Source: an uncultured Eubacteriales bacterium (GTDB lineage: Bacteria > Bacillota > Clostridia > Oscillospirales > Acutalibacteraceae). Taken from it: a stretch of DNA of 64,000 bases. Position 1 is the stretch's first letter. Each line of letters begins with the position of its first letter. Location: positions 37,082-101,081 of the forward strand of contig CAJUDG010000013.1 of NCBI GenBank assembly GCA_910584745.1, given 5' to 3'. Under the pieces are notes generated by a model, which saw only the letters and a list, made by a program, of their open reading frames with translations, did no database searches and was not told where the DNA came from. The translations under genes and the position numbers were made by a program. Positions 34,678 through 46,724 of this stretch are shown in pieces.

Positions 34678-35658
34678 TTAATAGATCGAGCCGCTGTTTA
34701 CCACGGGCTGGGCGTCCTTGCTGCCGCAGAGCACCACCAGAAGGTTGCTGACCATGGCGGCCTTGCGCTCGTCGTCCAGGGCCACCACCTGGTCCTCATT
34801 GAGCTGGTCCAGGGCCATCTCCACCATGCCCACGGCGCCCTCCACTATCTTCTTCCGGGCAGCCACGATGGCCTCGGCCTGCTGGCGCTGGAGCATTGCG
34901 GCGGCTATCTCCGGGGCGTAGCTCAGATGGGTTATGCGCACCTCAAGTATCTCAAGGCCCGCTATGCTTACCCGCTCCTGCAGATCCTTGGTCATCATGG
35001 CGGCTATCTCCTGGCTGCTGCCCCGAAGGGTCTTCTCGTTCTGGTCGTCCTCGTCAAAGAGGTCATAGGGGTACATCCTTGCTATGTTCCGGGTGGCCGA
35101 GTCGCACTGGGTGGATAAGAACGTCTGGTAGTTCTGCACGTTGAACACGGCCTTTGTGGTGTCCACTATCCGCCAGATGACTATGGTGCCGATGATGATG
35201 GGGTTGCCCCGCTCGTCATTGACGGTCTGCTTCTCGTTATTCAGGGTCATGGTCTTAAGGCTTATCTTCCCCTTGGCGTTATGCCCCGCGCCGGGGTTCA
35301 TGCCCGAGCAGAAGATGTTGGTCCAGTAGAAGCCGTCCTTCTTGATGGTGCCGTAATACTTGCCGAACAGGGTCAGCACCACGGCCTCGTTGGGGTTTAT
35401 CACCTTGAAGCCCGCGCAGAGGATGAAGCCCAGCACCATGATGATTATGCCGCCGAAGAGCATGATAAGCCCGCTGGGCCGCACCGCCTCGTCGCTGCCC
35501 ATCTCGATGGAATACTGCACAAGGTTCACGATGCCCAGCACCATGAGCGCTATGCCCGCCGCTATCACCAGCAGCACCGCCACAAGCATCACGAAGCCGT
35601 TATAGGTCTTAGCCTGCTTTTCGTTGTATCTGTTGACTATCTTCTCGTTTTGTTCCAT
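34678..35658 (-). CDS. SPFH/band 7 domain membrane protein
   Basis: Two TM helices, [33 protein letters not shown]. Confidence 0.92.
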   Translation of the reverse strand: MEQNEKIVNRYNEKQAKTYNGFVMLVAVLLVIAAGIALMVLGIVNLVQYSIEMGSDEAVRPSGLIMLFGGIIIMVLGFILCAGFKVINPNEAVVLTLFGKYYGTIKKDGFYWTNIFCSGMNPGAGHNAKGKISLKTMTLNNEKQTVNDERGNPIIIGTIVIWRIVDTTKAVFNVQNYQTFLSTQCDSATRNIARMYPYDLFDEDDQNEKTLRGSSQEIAAMMTKDLQERVSIAGLEILEVRITHLSYAPEIAAAMLQRQQAEAIVAARKKIVEGAVGMVEMALDQLNEDQVVALDDERKAAMVSNLLVVLCGSKDAQPVVNSGSIY

Positions 35659-35704
35659 ATGTCCAGTCCCCTTTCATATGTAAGCGGGCTCTCTGCTCGC
35701 TGTT

Positions 35705-35739
35705 TGATATTATTATAATATCAGTTTGTATCTTTGTCA
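35705..35739 (-). promoter_or_regulatory. sigma-A promoter with a 9-1-9 palindrome over the -10 (likely RHH auto-operator)
   Basis: TTGACA-N17-TATAAT; TGATATTAT-T-ATAATATCA at 35705-35723. Confidence 0.7.
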
Positions 35740-35772
35740 AGGGGTCAAAAAAAGAATTTTGGGGAAATACAG

Positions 35773-35802
35773 AAAGGACCGCTTATGAAGCGGTCCTTTT
35801 TT
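35773..35802. terminator. Terminator hairpin after the GH51 gene
   Basis: AAAGGACCGCTT-ATG-AAGCGGTCCTTT. Confidence 0.75.
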
Positions 35803-35818
35803 GTCCTGTTTATGGCGT

Positions 35819-37345
<1,527 letters not shown>

Positions 37346-37560
37346 TCAAGGCCTCCCACTTGAAATTTTTTATTTTAAGGCGTTTAGCTTATTATAGTAT
37401 AACGCCGGAAAAATGCAAGGGGTTTTCCCCTTTTTTGACAGGAGAAGACCCGAATGACACAAAAAACCGGCTGTTCACAATTTTCCTGTTTCTTTTTTTA
37501 CCGATACCATGTATAATATATCCGTGACTTTATCCAACTACTCAGAAAGCCGGTGGGGCC

Positions 37561-38427
37561 ATGGCAAGACGAAGACAGAAGCAGTACCGCATAGGGAATA
37601 CCAGCAGGGGCGAGCTGGGCCTTAACCGGCGCAGGATGTTCGTCTCTCAGGAAAAGCAGGCCCAGCATCAGGCCGCCCGCAAGCTGAAGCTCTGGTCAAG
37701 GGTGGTGGCCGCCGCCGTCATTATCGGGGCGTCGCTGATAGCCGGGTTCTTCCTGTGGTTCTTCATGATACCATACTTCCAGCAGGAGATAAGCACCGGC
37801 GCCCAGCCCCCGGCCCCCGGGGAGTCCCAGGAGCCTGTGCCCGACTATGATGAGCTGGGGCTTCCCATATATGACGACTCTGTAAACCTGTTCGTAATAA
37901 ACTCCTCAAGCCCCAACCCGGAGTACGTGCCCAAGCTCTCTCAGATAGAGAACGTCCAGGTGGACAGCCGCATCACCGACGCCCTGCGCCAGCTGGTGGC
38001 CGCCGCCAAGGAGGACAACCTGGTGCTCATCTTCACCGACGGCTATGTGTCCTATGAGGAACAGGGCGAGCGCTTTGAAAAGACCGCCCAGCAGAAGATG
38101 AACGACGAGAACCTGACCGCCGTCATGGCAAAGACCGACGCCCGGGCCCAGACCCCCATGGCCGGAGAGAGCGACTTTCAGACCGGGCTCTGCCTGCGGC
38201 TGGCGGGGGACAAAGAGACCTATGAGAAGTCCAGGACCTACTCCTGGCTGAAGGCCAATATGGGCAAGTACGGCTTTGTGTTCCGCTATCCCAAGGACAA
38301 GACCAACTATACCTATGTGGACCCGGACCCCACCGTGATACGCTATGTGGGCGGGGAGAACGCCGCCGCAATGCAGCAGCGCTCCATGTGCCTGGAGGAG
38401 TATATAAGCTATATAGACGACCAGTAA
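37561..38427 (+). CDS. Membrane-anchored VanY/M15B carboxypeptidase-like protein, catalytic motifs degenerate
   Basis: One TM helix; DGYVSY, GESDFQTG, YGFVFRYP..K, DPTVIRYVG, CLEEY. Confidence 0.8.
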   Translation: MARRRQKQYRIGNTSRGELGLNRRRMFVSQEKQAQHQAARKLKLWSRVVAAAVIIGASLIAGFFLWFFMIPYFQQEISTGAQPPAPGESQEPVPDYDELGLPIYDDSVNLFVINSSSPNPEYVPKLSQIENVQVDSRITDALRQLVAAAKEDNLVLIFTDGYVSYEEQGERFEKTAQQKMNDENLTAVMAKTDARAQTPMAGESDFQTGLCLRLAGDKETYEKSRTYSWLKANMGKYGFVFRYPKDKTNYTYVDPDPTVIRYVGGENAAAMQQRSMCLEEYISYIDDQ

Positions 38428-38439
38428 AGCCCTTTCCAT

Positions 38440-39201
38440 TTACACCGGGCGCACCGGCACGCCCCTTTCACTCAGATATTCTTTCAACTGGGGCACGGTC
38501 AGCTCTCCGAAGTGGAACAGGGACGCCGCCAGCACCGCGTCGGCCTTTCCGGCGGTGAATGCGTCATAGAAGTGGGAGAGCTCCCCCGCCCCGCCGGAGG
38601 CTATCACCGGGATGCCCACGGCCTCAGACACGGCCCGGGTCAGCTCCAGGTCGTAGCCGGTCTTCACCCCGTCCCGGTCCATGCTGGTCAGGAGTATCTC
38701 CCCCGCGCCCAGCTCCTCGGCCTCCCTGGCCCAGTCCAAAGCGTCCTTTCCAGTGTCTATCCGCCCGCCGTTCAGGTAGAGGGTCCACCCTCCCCCTGGG
38801 CGGCGTTTCGCGTCCATGGCCACCACCACGCACTGGCTGCCGAAGACGCTGGCGGCCTCTCTTATAAGCTCCGGCCGCCGTAAAGCCGCCGAGTTTACGG
38901 ACACCTTGTCCGCCCCGGCCCGGAGTATGGCCGTAAAGTCCTCCACCTTACGGATGCCGCCGCCCACGGTAAAGGGGATGAAGATGCGCTCGGCCACCTG
39001 CTCCACCATATGGGTGACGATGGCCCTGTCATCCGCCGAGGCGTTTATGTCCAGGAACACCAGCTCGTCCGCCCCCTGCTTATCGTATAGGGCCGCGGCC
39101 TCCACTGGGTCCCCCGCATCACGGAGCGAGAGGAAGTTCGTGCCCTTTACCACCCTGCCGTCCTTGATGTCCAGGCAGGGGATTATGCGTTTCGCGTACA
39201 T
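38440..39201 (-). CDS. hisF: Imidazole glycerol phosphate synthase, cyclase subunit
   Basis: [31 protein letters not shown]. Confidence 0.97.
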   Translation of the reverse strand: MYAKRIIPCLDIKDGRVVKGTNFLSLRDAGDPVEAAALYDKQGADELVFLDINASADDRAIVTHMVEQVAERIFIPFTVGGGIRKVEDFTAILRAGADKVSVNSAALRRPELIREAASVFGSQCVVVAMDAKRRPGGGWTLYLNGGRIDTGKDALDWAREAEELGAGEILLTSMDRDGVKTGYDLELTRAVSEAVGIPVIASGGAGELSHFYDAFTAGKADAVLAASLFHFGELTVPQLKEYLSERGVPVRPV

Positions 39202-39217
39202 TTATATGCCCCCTCTG

Positions 39218-39835
39218 TCAAGTGTTTTCCCTTACATATCCCGCAAAGTTCCGCAGTATGGCAAGGCCCACGCCGCCGCTTTTCTCCGGGTGGAACTGGC
39301 AGGCGGCTATATTGTCCTTCTGTACCGCCGCGTGGATGGTGGCGCCGTACTCTGCCGTTGCCGAGACCAGCTCCGGCTCTGTGCGCAGATAGTAGGAGTG
39401 GACGAAATAGACGTAAGGCTCCTCTGAAAGGCCCTTGAGAAGCCAGCCCGGGCTTTTTACGTCCAGGGAGTTCCAGCCCATATGGGGCACCTTAAGGCCC
39501 CTATCGTCCGGCAGGCGCAGTATCTTTCCCGGCAGCAGGGAGAGCCCCTTTACCCCCGGCGACTCCTCGCTGCTCTCAAACAGCACCTGCAGCCCCAGGC
39601 AGACCCCCAAAAAGGGGCGGCCCGTCTTGACAAAATCCCGTATGGCCCCCGAGAGCCCCCGGCTCTCAAGGCCCGCCATGGCCTCGCCGAAGGCCCCCAC
39701 TCCCGGCAGCACGGCGGAGTCCGCAGACATGAGCCCGGCGGGGTCCGCGGCCACGGTGCAGCCGCAGCCGATGTGTTTTAGGGCCTTTTCCACGCTCTGC
39801 AGGTTGCCCGCGCCGTAATCTATAATGGCCGTCAT
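39218..39835 (-). CDS. hisH: Imidazole glycerol phosphate synthase, glutaminase subunit
   Basis: [26 protein letters not shown]. Confidence 0.97.
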   Translation of the reverse strand: MTAIIDYGAGNLQSVEKALKHIGCGCTVAADPAGLMSADSAVLPGVGAFGEAMAGLESRGLSGAIRDFVKTGRPFLGVCLGLQVLFESSEESPGVKGLSLLPGKILRLPDDRGLKVPHMGWNSLDVKSPGWLLKGLSEEPYVYFVHSYYLRTEPELVSATAEYGATIHAAVQKDNIAACQFHPEKSGGVGLAILRNFAGYVRENT

Positions 39836-40005
39836 TTGAATTCACCTCGCTAAATTGGTGAAATAAGTATAGCATATTTCCGGAAGTTTTGCAAGCTGTA
39901 CCGCAGGCCGCGAAGTTTTACAGAATATTCATGAAAACTTCACTATAGGTATTGTATACTTGACATGTATATTTCTCATGGAGAATAGAAAGAGAGACGA
40001 GACCC

Positions 40006-43000
40006 ATGTTTTCAAAGTTCAGCGTTAAAAAGCCCATGACTGTGCTGGTGGGCGTGATCATCGCCATCGTGCTGGGGATAGTGGCCTTCTCCCGCATGAC
40101 CCCGGACCTGCTGCCCAATATCAACCTGCCCTACGCGGTGATAATCACCGCCTATCCCGGGGCCACCCCCGAGGAGGTTGAGCAGGAGGTCACAAGGCCC
40201 ATAGAGCAGGCCATGGCCACCCTGGACCACGCGGAGGAGATAACCTCGGTCAGCCGGGAGAACTCCTCCCAGGTGATGCTGCAGCTCACCGACGACGCCA
40301 ATATGGACACCCTCACCGCCGATATCCGGGAGAAGCTCAACGGCATAACCTGGCCGGATATGGCGGGCACGCCGTACATCATGAAGATAAACCCCAGCAT
40401 GATGCCCGTCACCGTGGCCGCCATGGAGATGGAGGGCATGGACAACGTGGAGCTTACTGACCTGCTGGACTCTGAGCTTATGCTGAAGCTCGAGGGCATA
40501 GAGGGCGTCGCCAGCGTCTCGGCCAGCGGCAACGTGCAGGAGAGCGTTATGGTAGAGCTTCGCCAGGACAAGATAGACGCGCTGAACCGAAAGCTAAAGG
40601 CGAAGCTGGACGAGAAGTTCGGCGACGCCCAGAAGGATCTGGACGAGAGCTCAAAGGAGATAGAGGACGGCCTGAGCGAGACCAGGGAGCAGCAGGATGA
40701 GTTGGAGGGGCAGAAGGCCCAGCTTGAGGAGGGCCAGGCCCAGCTTGCCCAGCAGACCGGCGCCGCCCAGGGGCAGCTCATCTCCAAGAAGGTGGAGATA
40801 GAGTCGGCCAAGGCCCAGATATCCGCCCAGCTTGGCACCATGGAGCAGAACAAGAAGCAGCTTGAGGACGCTGTCAGCAAGCTGAAAACCTTGCAGGCAA
40901 CGCTCACTCAGCTCAACGGCCAGCTTGCCTCATTGGACCAGGCCATCAGCGGGCTGCAGGAGGGCATCGCCGGGTACACGGCCCTGTCGGCGCAGCTTGA
41001 GGCGCTCAATGCCCAGCTTGCCGGCCTGGACCCGGACAGCGAGGAATATGCTATTGTGCAGCAGCAGATAGAAGCGCTCCAGCCCCAGCTTGCGGCGGCG
41101 GAGGCGGCCTTCGCGGCCCTGGGCACCACGGCGGCGGGGGCGCCCGCAAAGCTTCAGGAGCTCCAGGCCAGCCGGGCCGCTGTGGAAAAGGGTCTTGCCG
41201 ACGCCAAGGCCATGGCCGCAGCCGGAGGCGCCGACCCGGAGAACCTGGACAAATCCATCGCCGAGGCCCAGGGGAACCTCTCAAAGCTCACTGCCGGCAT
41301 GGACCAGCTCAAGGCCACAAGCTCACAGCTTGAGAGCGGCGCTGTGACAGTGGACCAGGCGCTGCAGGAGCTCTCACGCCAGCAGACCAGCGGCATAATG
41401 CAGATAAGCGCCGGTATGTCCCAGATACTGGCGGGCCAGTCGGCCCTCTCCGCCGCCCAGCAGCAGCTGGAGTCGGCCAAGGCCCAGCTTGAGGGGGCGC
41501 AGGACGAGTTCGACTCTCAGAAGGAAGCGGCCTATAAGAACGCGGACCTGCCCATCACAATGGACATGGTCTCTCAGATACTCACTGCCCAGAACTTCTC
41601 CATGCCCGCCGGGTATATAGAGGAGCAGGGCGCCGCGACCCTGGTGCGCGTGGGCAATAAGCTTGAGGATAAGGAGGAGCTTCGGGGGCTGCTGCTCTTT
41701 GACACCGGCGAAGACGGGATAGGTAAAATTTACCTGCGGGACGTGGCGGACGTCGACGTGCAGAGCAACGCCGGGGAGCTGTACGCCAAGATAAACGGCG
41801 AGAACGGCCTGCTTCTGAGCTTTACAAAGCAGTCCACCTACTCCACGGCCCTGGTGTCGAAGAACATAGAGGAGCGCTTCAAGTCCCTTTCCGGGGAGTA
41901 TGAGGGGCTGAAATTCACCACCCTTATGGACCAGGGCAACTACATCTACATCGTGGTGGACACGGTCTTGCAGAACCTGGTGCTGGGCGCGGTGCTGGCG
42001 GTGCTGATACTGCTGCTGTTCCTTCGGGACCTGCGGCCCACTGTGGTCATCGCCTTCTCCATACCCATCTCCCTGATGGTGGCTATAGTGCTCATGTACT
42101 TCTCGGGGGTCACTTTGAACGTCATATCCCTGTCGGGCCTTGCGGTGGGCGTGGGTATGCTGGTGGACAATTCAGTGGTGGTGATAGAGAATATCTACAG
42201 GCTCAGAAGCGAGGGTATGCCCGCGGCCAAGGCCTCCGTCCAGGGGGCGGTGCAGGTGACCGGGGCCATCATCGCCTCCACCCTTACCACCGTGTGCGTG
42301 TTTTTGCCCATCGTGTTCGTAGAGGGCGTCACAAGGCAGCTCTTTACGGACATGGCCCTGACTATTGGCTACTCCCTTCTTGCCAGCCTCTTTGTGGCCA
42401 TAACCCTTGTGCCCGCCATGACCTCTACCACCCTGAGAAAGAGCAGGATAAAGGAGCACAGCCTCTTTGACCGGGTGCTGGGCGGCTATGGCAAAATAGC
42501 GTCGGCCTCCTTAAAGCACAAGTGGGTCTGTCTGGGGCTGGCGCTGGTGCTGCTGGTGTGCAGCGTGGTGCTGGCCCTCTCAAGGGGCTTCATCTTCATG
42601 CCCGCCATGAGCGGCAGCCAGGTGACGGTAAGCTTCACCCTTCCCCAGGAGGAGCCCACCTTTGAGGAGACCACGGCGATGGCCGACCAGATCTCAGAGC
42701 GCATTATGGAGCTGGACTGTGTGGAGACCGTGGGCGCAATGGCCGGGGGCTCCGGGGCCATGATGGGCATGGGCGGCCAATCCCAGGAGGTGTCCATGTA
42801 CGTTATACTGGACGAGAGCTCCGGGATCAAGGACTCTGAGGCCTCCCGGCTGATAGCGGAAGCCTGCGCGGACCTGGACTGTGAGGTAAGCGCCCAGGGG
42901 GCAATGGACATGAGCGCGTATATGTCGGCCATGAGCGGCTCCGGGGTGGAGATAAAGCTTCATGGGGACGATATGGACGCGCTGATAGACGCGGCGGACG

Positions 43001-44040
43001 AGGTCACGGAGATACTTGCCGGGGTGGAGGGCACAGACGATGCCCAGAGCGACCTTGAGGACAGCACCCCGGAGATACGGATAGTGGTGGATAAAAACAA
43101 GGCCATGGAGAACGGCCTGACCATCGCCCAGGTGTACCAGAGCGTGAGCGGGGCCATAAGCGAGGACAAGACGGCCACCAGCATAAACGTGGACGGCTAT
43201 CCCCAGGATGTTCTGGTGGTGCACCCGGAGAAGGGCGGTATGAACGAGAGCTACCTTAAGAGTCTGACCGTCACCTCTACCGACCGGACCACCGGGGAGA
43301 CCGAGGAGGTGCCCCTGGTGCGGATAGCGGAGTTTGAGGAGCGGCAGAGCCTTAACGCCATAAGCCGGGAGAACCAGAGCCGGGTGCTGACGGTCAGCGC
43401 GGGCATAGCCGACGGCAGCAACGTGACCCTGGTGACCCGGGAGGTGGAGAAGGCCCTGAAGGAGTATGAGCCGCCAAAGGGCGTGACCCTGGAGATGACC
43501 GGCGAGAACGAGACCATCATGGAGGCCATGGAGCAGCTGATGCAGATGGCGGGGCTCGCCATACTCATCATCTACCTTATCATGGTGATACAGTTCCAGT
43601 CCCTGCTGCTGCCCTTCATCGTCATGTTCACCATACCTCTGGCCTTTACCGGCGGGTTCCTGGCCCTGTACATCTGCGGCATGGAGGTAAGCGTCGTGTC
43701 CATGATAGGCTTTATCATGCTGGCGGGCATTATAGTCAACAACGGCATAGTGCTCATCGACTATATAAACCAGCTGCGCCTTGAGGGCGTGGAGCGCCGG
43801 GACGCCATAATCCTCGCCGGGCGCACCCGCATGAGGCCCATACTCATGACGGTGCTGACCACGGTGCTGGGCCTGGTGTTCATGGCCCTGGCAACGGGCA
43901 TGGGCGCGGAGATGATGCAGCCCATAGCCATCGTCTGTATCGGCGGCCTGCTCTACGCCACACTGATGACGCTGTTCGTGGTGCCGGCCATGTACGATAT
44001 CATGGCCAAGAAGGAGCTGCGGCGCGTAGAGGTGGATTGA
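40006..44040 (+). CDS. RND (AcrB/SwrC-like) efflux permease with a long coiled-coil insertion
   Basis: YPGATPEEVE, GMLVDNSVVVIENI, GIIVNNGIVLID, RMRPILMT; about 320-aa Q/A/L-rich insert. Confidence 0.92.
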   Translation: MFSKFSVKKPMTVLVGVIIAIVLGIVAFSRMTPDLLPNINLPYAVIITAYPGATPEEVEQEVTRPIEQAMATLDHAEEITSVSRENSSQVMLQLTDDANMDTLTADIREKLNGITWPDMAGTPYIMKINPSMMPVTVAAMEMEGMDNVELTDLLDSELMLKLEGIEGVASVSASGNVQESVMVELRQDKIDALNRKLKAKLDEKFGDAQKDLDESSKEIEDGLSETREQQDELEGQKAQLEEGQAQLAQQTGAAQGQLISKKVEIESAKAQISAQLGTMEQNKKQLEDAVSKLKTLQATLTQLNGQLASLDQAISGLQEGIAGYTALSAQLEALNAQLAGLDPDSEEYAIVQQQIEALQPQLAAAEAAFAALGTTAAGAPAKLQELQASRAAVEKGLADAKAMAAAGGADPENLDKSIAEAQGNLSKLTAGMDQLKATSSQLESGAVTVDQALQELSRQQTSGIMQISAGMSQILAGQSALSAAQQQLESAKAQLEGAQDEFDSQKEAAYKNADLPITMDMVSQILTAQNFSMPAGYIEEQGAATLVRVGNKLEDKEELRGLLLFDTGEDGIGKIYLRDVADVDVQSNAGELYAKINGENGLLLSFTKQSTYSTALVSKNIEERFKSLSGEYEGLKFTTLMDQGNYIYIVVDTVLQNLVLGAVLAVLILLLFLRDLRPTVVIAFSIPISLMVAIVLMYFSGVTLNVISLSGLAVGVGMLVDNSVVVIENIYRLRSEGMPAAKASVQGAVQVTGAIIASTLTTVCVFLPIVFVEGVTRQLFTDMALTIGYSLLASLFVAITLVPAMTSTTLRKSRIKEHSLFDRVLGGYGKIASASLKHKWVCLGLALVLLVCSVVLALSRGFIFMPAMSGSQVTVSFTLPQEEPTFEETTAMADQISERIMELDCVETVGAMAGGSGAMMGMGGQSQEVSMYVILDESSGIKDSEASRLIAEACADLDCEVSAQGAMDMSAYMSAMSGSGVEIKLHGDDMDALIDAADEVTEILAGVEGTDDAQSDLEDSTPEIRIVVDKNKAMENGLTIAQVYQSVSGAISEDKTATSINVDGYPQDVLVVHPEKGGMNESYLKSLTVTSTDRTTGETEEVPLVRIAEFEERQSLNAISRENQSRVLTVSAGIADGSNVTLVTREVEKALKEYEPPKGVTLEMTGENETIMEAMEQLMQMAGLAILIIYLIMVIQFQSLLLPFIVMFTIPLAFTGGFLALYICGMEVSVVSMIGFIMLAGIIVNNGIVLIDYINQLRLEGVERRDAIILAGRTRMRPILMTVLTTVLGLVFMALATGMGAEMMQPIAIVCIGGLLYATLMTLFVVPAMYDIMAKKELRRVEVD

Positions 44041-44057
44041 GGTTTCGGATAGTGTAC

Positions 44058-44090
44058 AAGAGGCCCTGCATGGTTGCAGGGCCTCTTTTT
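44058..44090 (+). terminator. Intrinsic terminator
   Basis: AAGAGGCCCTGCA..TGCAGGGCCTCTTTTT. Confidence 0.85.
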
Positions 44091-44287
44091 AAAACTTGTT
44101 AAGTCATATTTTAGATTGTTATTTGGTCCAGTCTGTAATATTGTGCTTATTGCACTGAATTTTGTACTCATTATTGTTATGTATTGCCCTTGACTACGGA
44201 AATAATCTGCGCTATACTTAAGGTAATCTAAAAATTTCTAAAATAATTTTTATATGTCCCTGCACCCGGAAAGGAAGTGACTGCACC

Positions 44288-45298
44288 ATGAAGGCAAATA
44301 TCCGCACCATCAGCCAGATGACCGGCTTCTCCACCGCCACCGTGTCAAACGCCCTGAACAACAAGCGCGGCGTAAACCGCGAGACCGCCGAAAAGATACT
44401 GAAAGCCGCCCGGGAGATAGGCTATCTGGACAGCCCGGGGATAGGCCGGGTGAAGCTGGTGACTTATATCGAAAACGGCTCCATCGTCAACGAGTCGCCG
44501 TTCTTCTCCATGCTCATGTCCGGGGTGGAATCCGAGTGCCGCAGGCTTGGCATAGACGCTGTGTCCTGCCATCTCCACCGGGAGGACCCGAATTATGACG
44601 GCTATATGGACGAGCTGCTGAACGACCAGAGCTCCGCGCTGCTGGTCCTTGCCACGGAGATGGACGCAAAAGAGGCCGCTAAGCTCCAGCGCGCCGCTGC
44701 GCCGGTGGTGATACTGGATAACTGGTACGAGGACCTCCCTTTCAGCGCGGTGCTCATCGACAACGCCGACGCGGCCTATAAGGCTGTCTCCCATCTTATA
44801 GAGATGGGACATACCCGCATAGGCCACCTTCGGGGAAGATTCGAGATAAAGAATTTCTACTACCGCCGCCAGGGCTATTTGCGGGCCCTGGCCGAGCACG
44901 GCCTGACCGCCAGCCCGGACTATACCCTGACCCTGTCCACCGGCATGGAGACCTCCTGCGCGGATATGGCCGCCCTGCTGGCCAAGGGGCCGGAGCTGCC
45001 CACGGCTTTTTTCGCTGACAACGACATGATAGCTCTGGGGGCCATGCGGGCCCTGCAGCAGGCCGGGTACAGGGTGCCCGGGGATGTATCCCTGGTGGGC
45101 TTTGACGACCTGCCCTTCTGCGCCATATCCGACCCGCCGCTGACCACCGTAAAGGTGCACAACTACGAGATGGGCATCGCCGCCGTGCGCCGCCTAGCGG
45201 AGCTGATGGATCCCGGCGGCGGGTACAGCACCAAGACACAGATAACCAGCGCCTTTGTCCCAAGGTCCAGCGTGCTGGACCTTCGGGATAGACCATAA
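44288..45298 (+). CDS. LacI-family transcriptional regulator
   Basis: GFSTATVSNALN HTH, PTAFFADND, VPGDVSLVGFDD; promoter TTGACT-N17-TATACT at 44190-44218. Confidence 0.93.
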   Translation: MKANIRTISQMTGFSTATVSNALNNKRGVNRETAEKILKAAREIGYLDSPGIGRVKLVTYIENGSIVNESPFFSMLMSGVESECRRLGIDAVSCHLHREDPNYDGYMDELLNDQSSALLVLATEMDAKEAAKLQRAAAPVVILDNWYEDLPFSAVLIDNADAAYKAVSHLIEMGHTRIGHLRGRFEIKNFYYRRQGYLRALAEHGLTASPDYTLTLSTGMETSCADMAALLAKGPELPTAFFADNDMIALGAMRALQQAGYRVPGDVSLVGFDDLPFCAISDPPLTTVKVHNYEMGIAAVRRLAELMDPGGGYSTKTQITSAFVPRSSVLDLRDRP

Positions 45299-45320
45299 TA
45301 AATACTGGAGGAGTGCAACT

Positions 45321-46724
45321 ATGAGCAACACCATCAAGCTGGGCTTCGCGCCCACCAGAAGGAGCATTTTCAGCGCCCCAGACGCGGTGAAGTACCGTGG
45401 CCTGACGGCGGAGCGCCTGCGTGAGCTGGGCGTGGAGTTCGTGGACATCGACGACATCAACGAGGAAGGTCTGCTCTACAGCGAGGACGACCGGCTGAAG
45501 ATCTTGGAGAAGTTCAAGGCGGCGGGGGTGGACGGCCTGTTTTTACCCCACTGCAACTTCGGCACGGAGTACGTCTGCGCAAGGCTCGCCAAGGATCTGA
45601 ACGTGCCCGTACTGCTCTGGGGTCCTCTGGACGAGCGCCCCGAGCCGGACGGCACCCGCCTCAGAGACACCCAGTGCGGGCTGTTCGCCACGGGGAAGGT
45701 GCTGCGGCGATTTAGGGTCCCCTTTACATACATGACAAACTGCCGCCTGAATGACCCGGTCTTCGAGCGGGGTGTCAAAGACTTTTTGGCCGTTTGCAAC
45801 GTAGTCAGGACCTTCCGGAACATAAAGATATTGCAGATCGGCCCCCGGCCCTTCGACTTCTGGTCCACCATGTGTAACGAGGGCGAACTGCTGGAAAAAT
45901 TCAACATCCAGCTGGCACCCATCCCCCTGCCCGAACTGACCGCCGAGGTGAAAAAGGCCATCGCCGACGGCGGCGATGTCAACGCCACCATCGCCTACTG
46001 CCGGGAGCATATGGAGATAAATGTGAACGACGAACAGCTTACAAACGTGGCGGGTCTGGCAGTGGCTATGGAGCGGCTGGTGAAAAAGTACCACTGCAAT
46101 GCCGCCGCCATCCAGTGCTGGAACGCCTTGCAGGGTGAGCTTGGCATCATGCCCTGCGCGGCCAACGCCCTGCTAAACGACAAGGGCATCCCGGTGGTGT
46201 GCGAGACGGACATCCACGGCGCGGTGACAGCCCTCCTGGCCGAGGCCGCCGCCAACGACGGCACCCGGGGCTTCTTCGCCGACTGGACCATCCGGCACCC
46301 GGACATCGAGAACGGCGAGCTCTTGCAGCACTGCGGGCCCTGGCCCCTCTCAGTGGCGGGCTGTAAGCCCTGCATCACCTATCCCCTGGCCTTCGACTAC
46401 CCCGGAGCCATCACCGCCGAGGCCAAGCACGGCGATCTGACCCTGTGCCGGTTCGACGGAGACAACGGCGAGTACAGCCTGCTGCTGGGCAATGCCAAGG
46501 GGGTGGACGGGCCCAAGGGCATGGGCACCTACCTCTGGGTGGAGGTGGAGAACATCAAGCGGCTTGAGGCGAAGATCGTCGAGGGCCCTTACATTCATCA
46601 CTGCGTGGGCATACACAAAGATGTTGTGCCCGTGCTGTACGAGGCCTGCAAATATATGGGCATCAAGCCCGACCTGTACGATGAGAACGAGGCCCAGGTC
46701 AAAGCATATTTGAGGGGTGAATGA
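45321..46724 (+). CDS. L-fucose/L-arabinose isomerase-family sugar isomerase
   Basis: NFGTE, RDTQCG, CETDIHG, HCG, GPYIHH; GGAGGAG RBS. Confidence 0.85.
   Translation: MSNTIKLGFAPTRRSIFSAPDAVKYRGLTAERLRELGVEFVDIDDINEEGLLYSEDDRLKILEKFKAAGVDGLFLPHCNFGTEYVCARLAKDLNVPVLLWGPLDERPEPDGTRLRDTQCGLFATGKVLRRFRVPFTYMTNCRLNDPVFERGVKDFLAVCNVVRTFRNIKILQIGPRPFDFWSTMCNEGELLEKFNIQLAPIPLPELTAEVKKAIADGGDVNATIAYCREHMEINVNDEQLTNVAGLAVAMERLVKKYHCNAAAIQCWNALQGELGIMPCAANALLNDKGIPVVCETDIHGAVTALLAEAAANDGTRGFFADWTIRHPDIENGELLQHCGPWPLSVAGCKPCITYPLAFDYPGAITAEAKHGDLTLCRFDGDNGEYSLLLGNAKGVDGPKGMGTYLWVEVENIKRLEAKIVEGPYIHHCVGIHKDVVPVLYEACKYMGIKPDLYDENEAQVKAYLRGE

Noticed and set aside
38440..39835. hisH-hisF separated from the other his genes
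   Set aside because: Split his operons are common and nothing else here is unusual.
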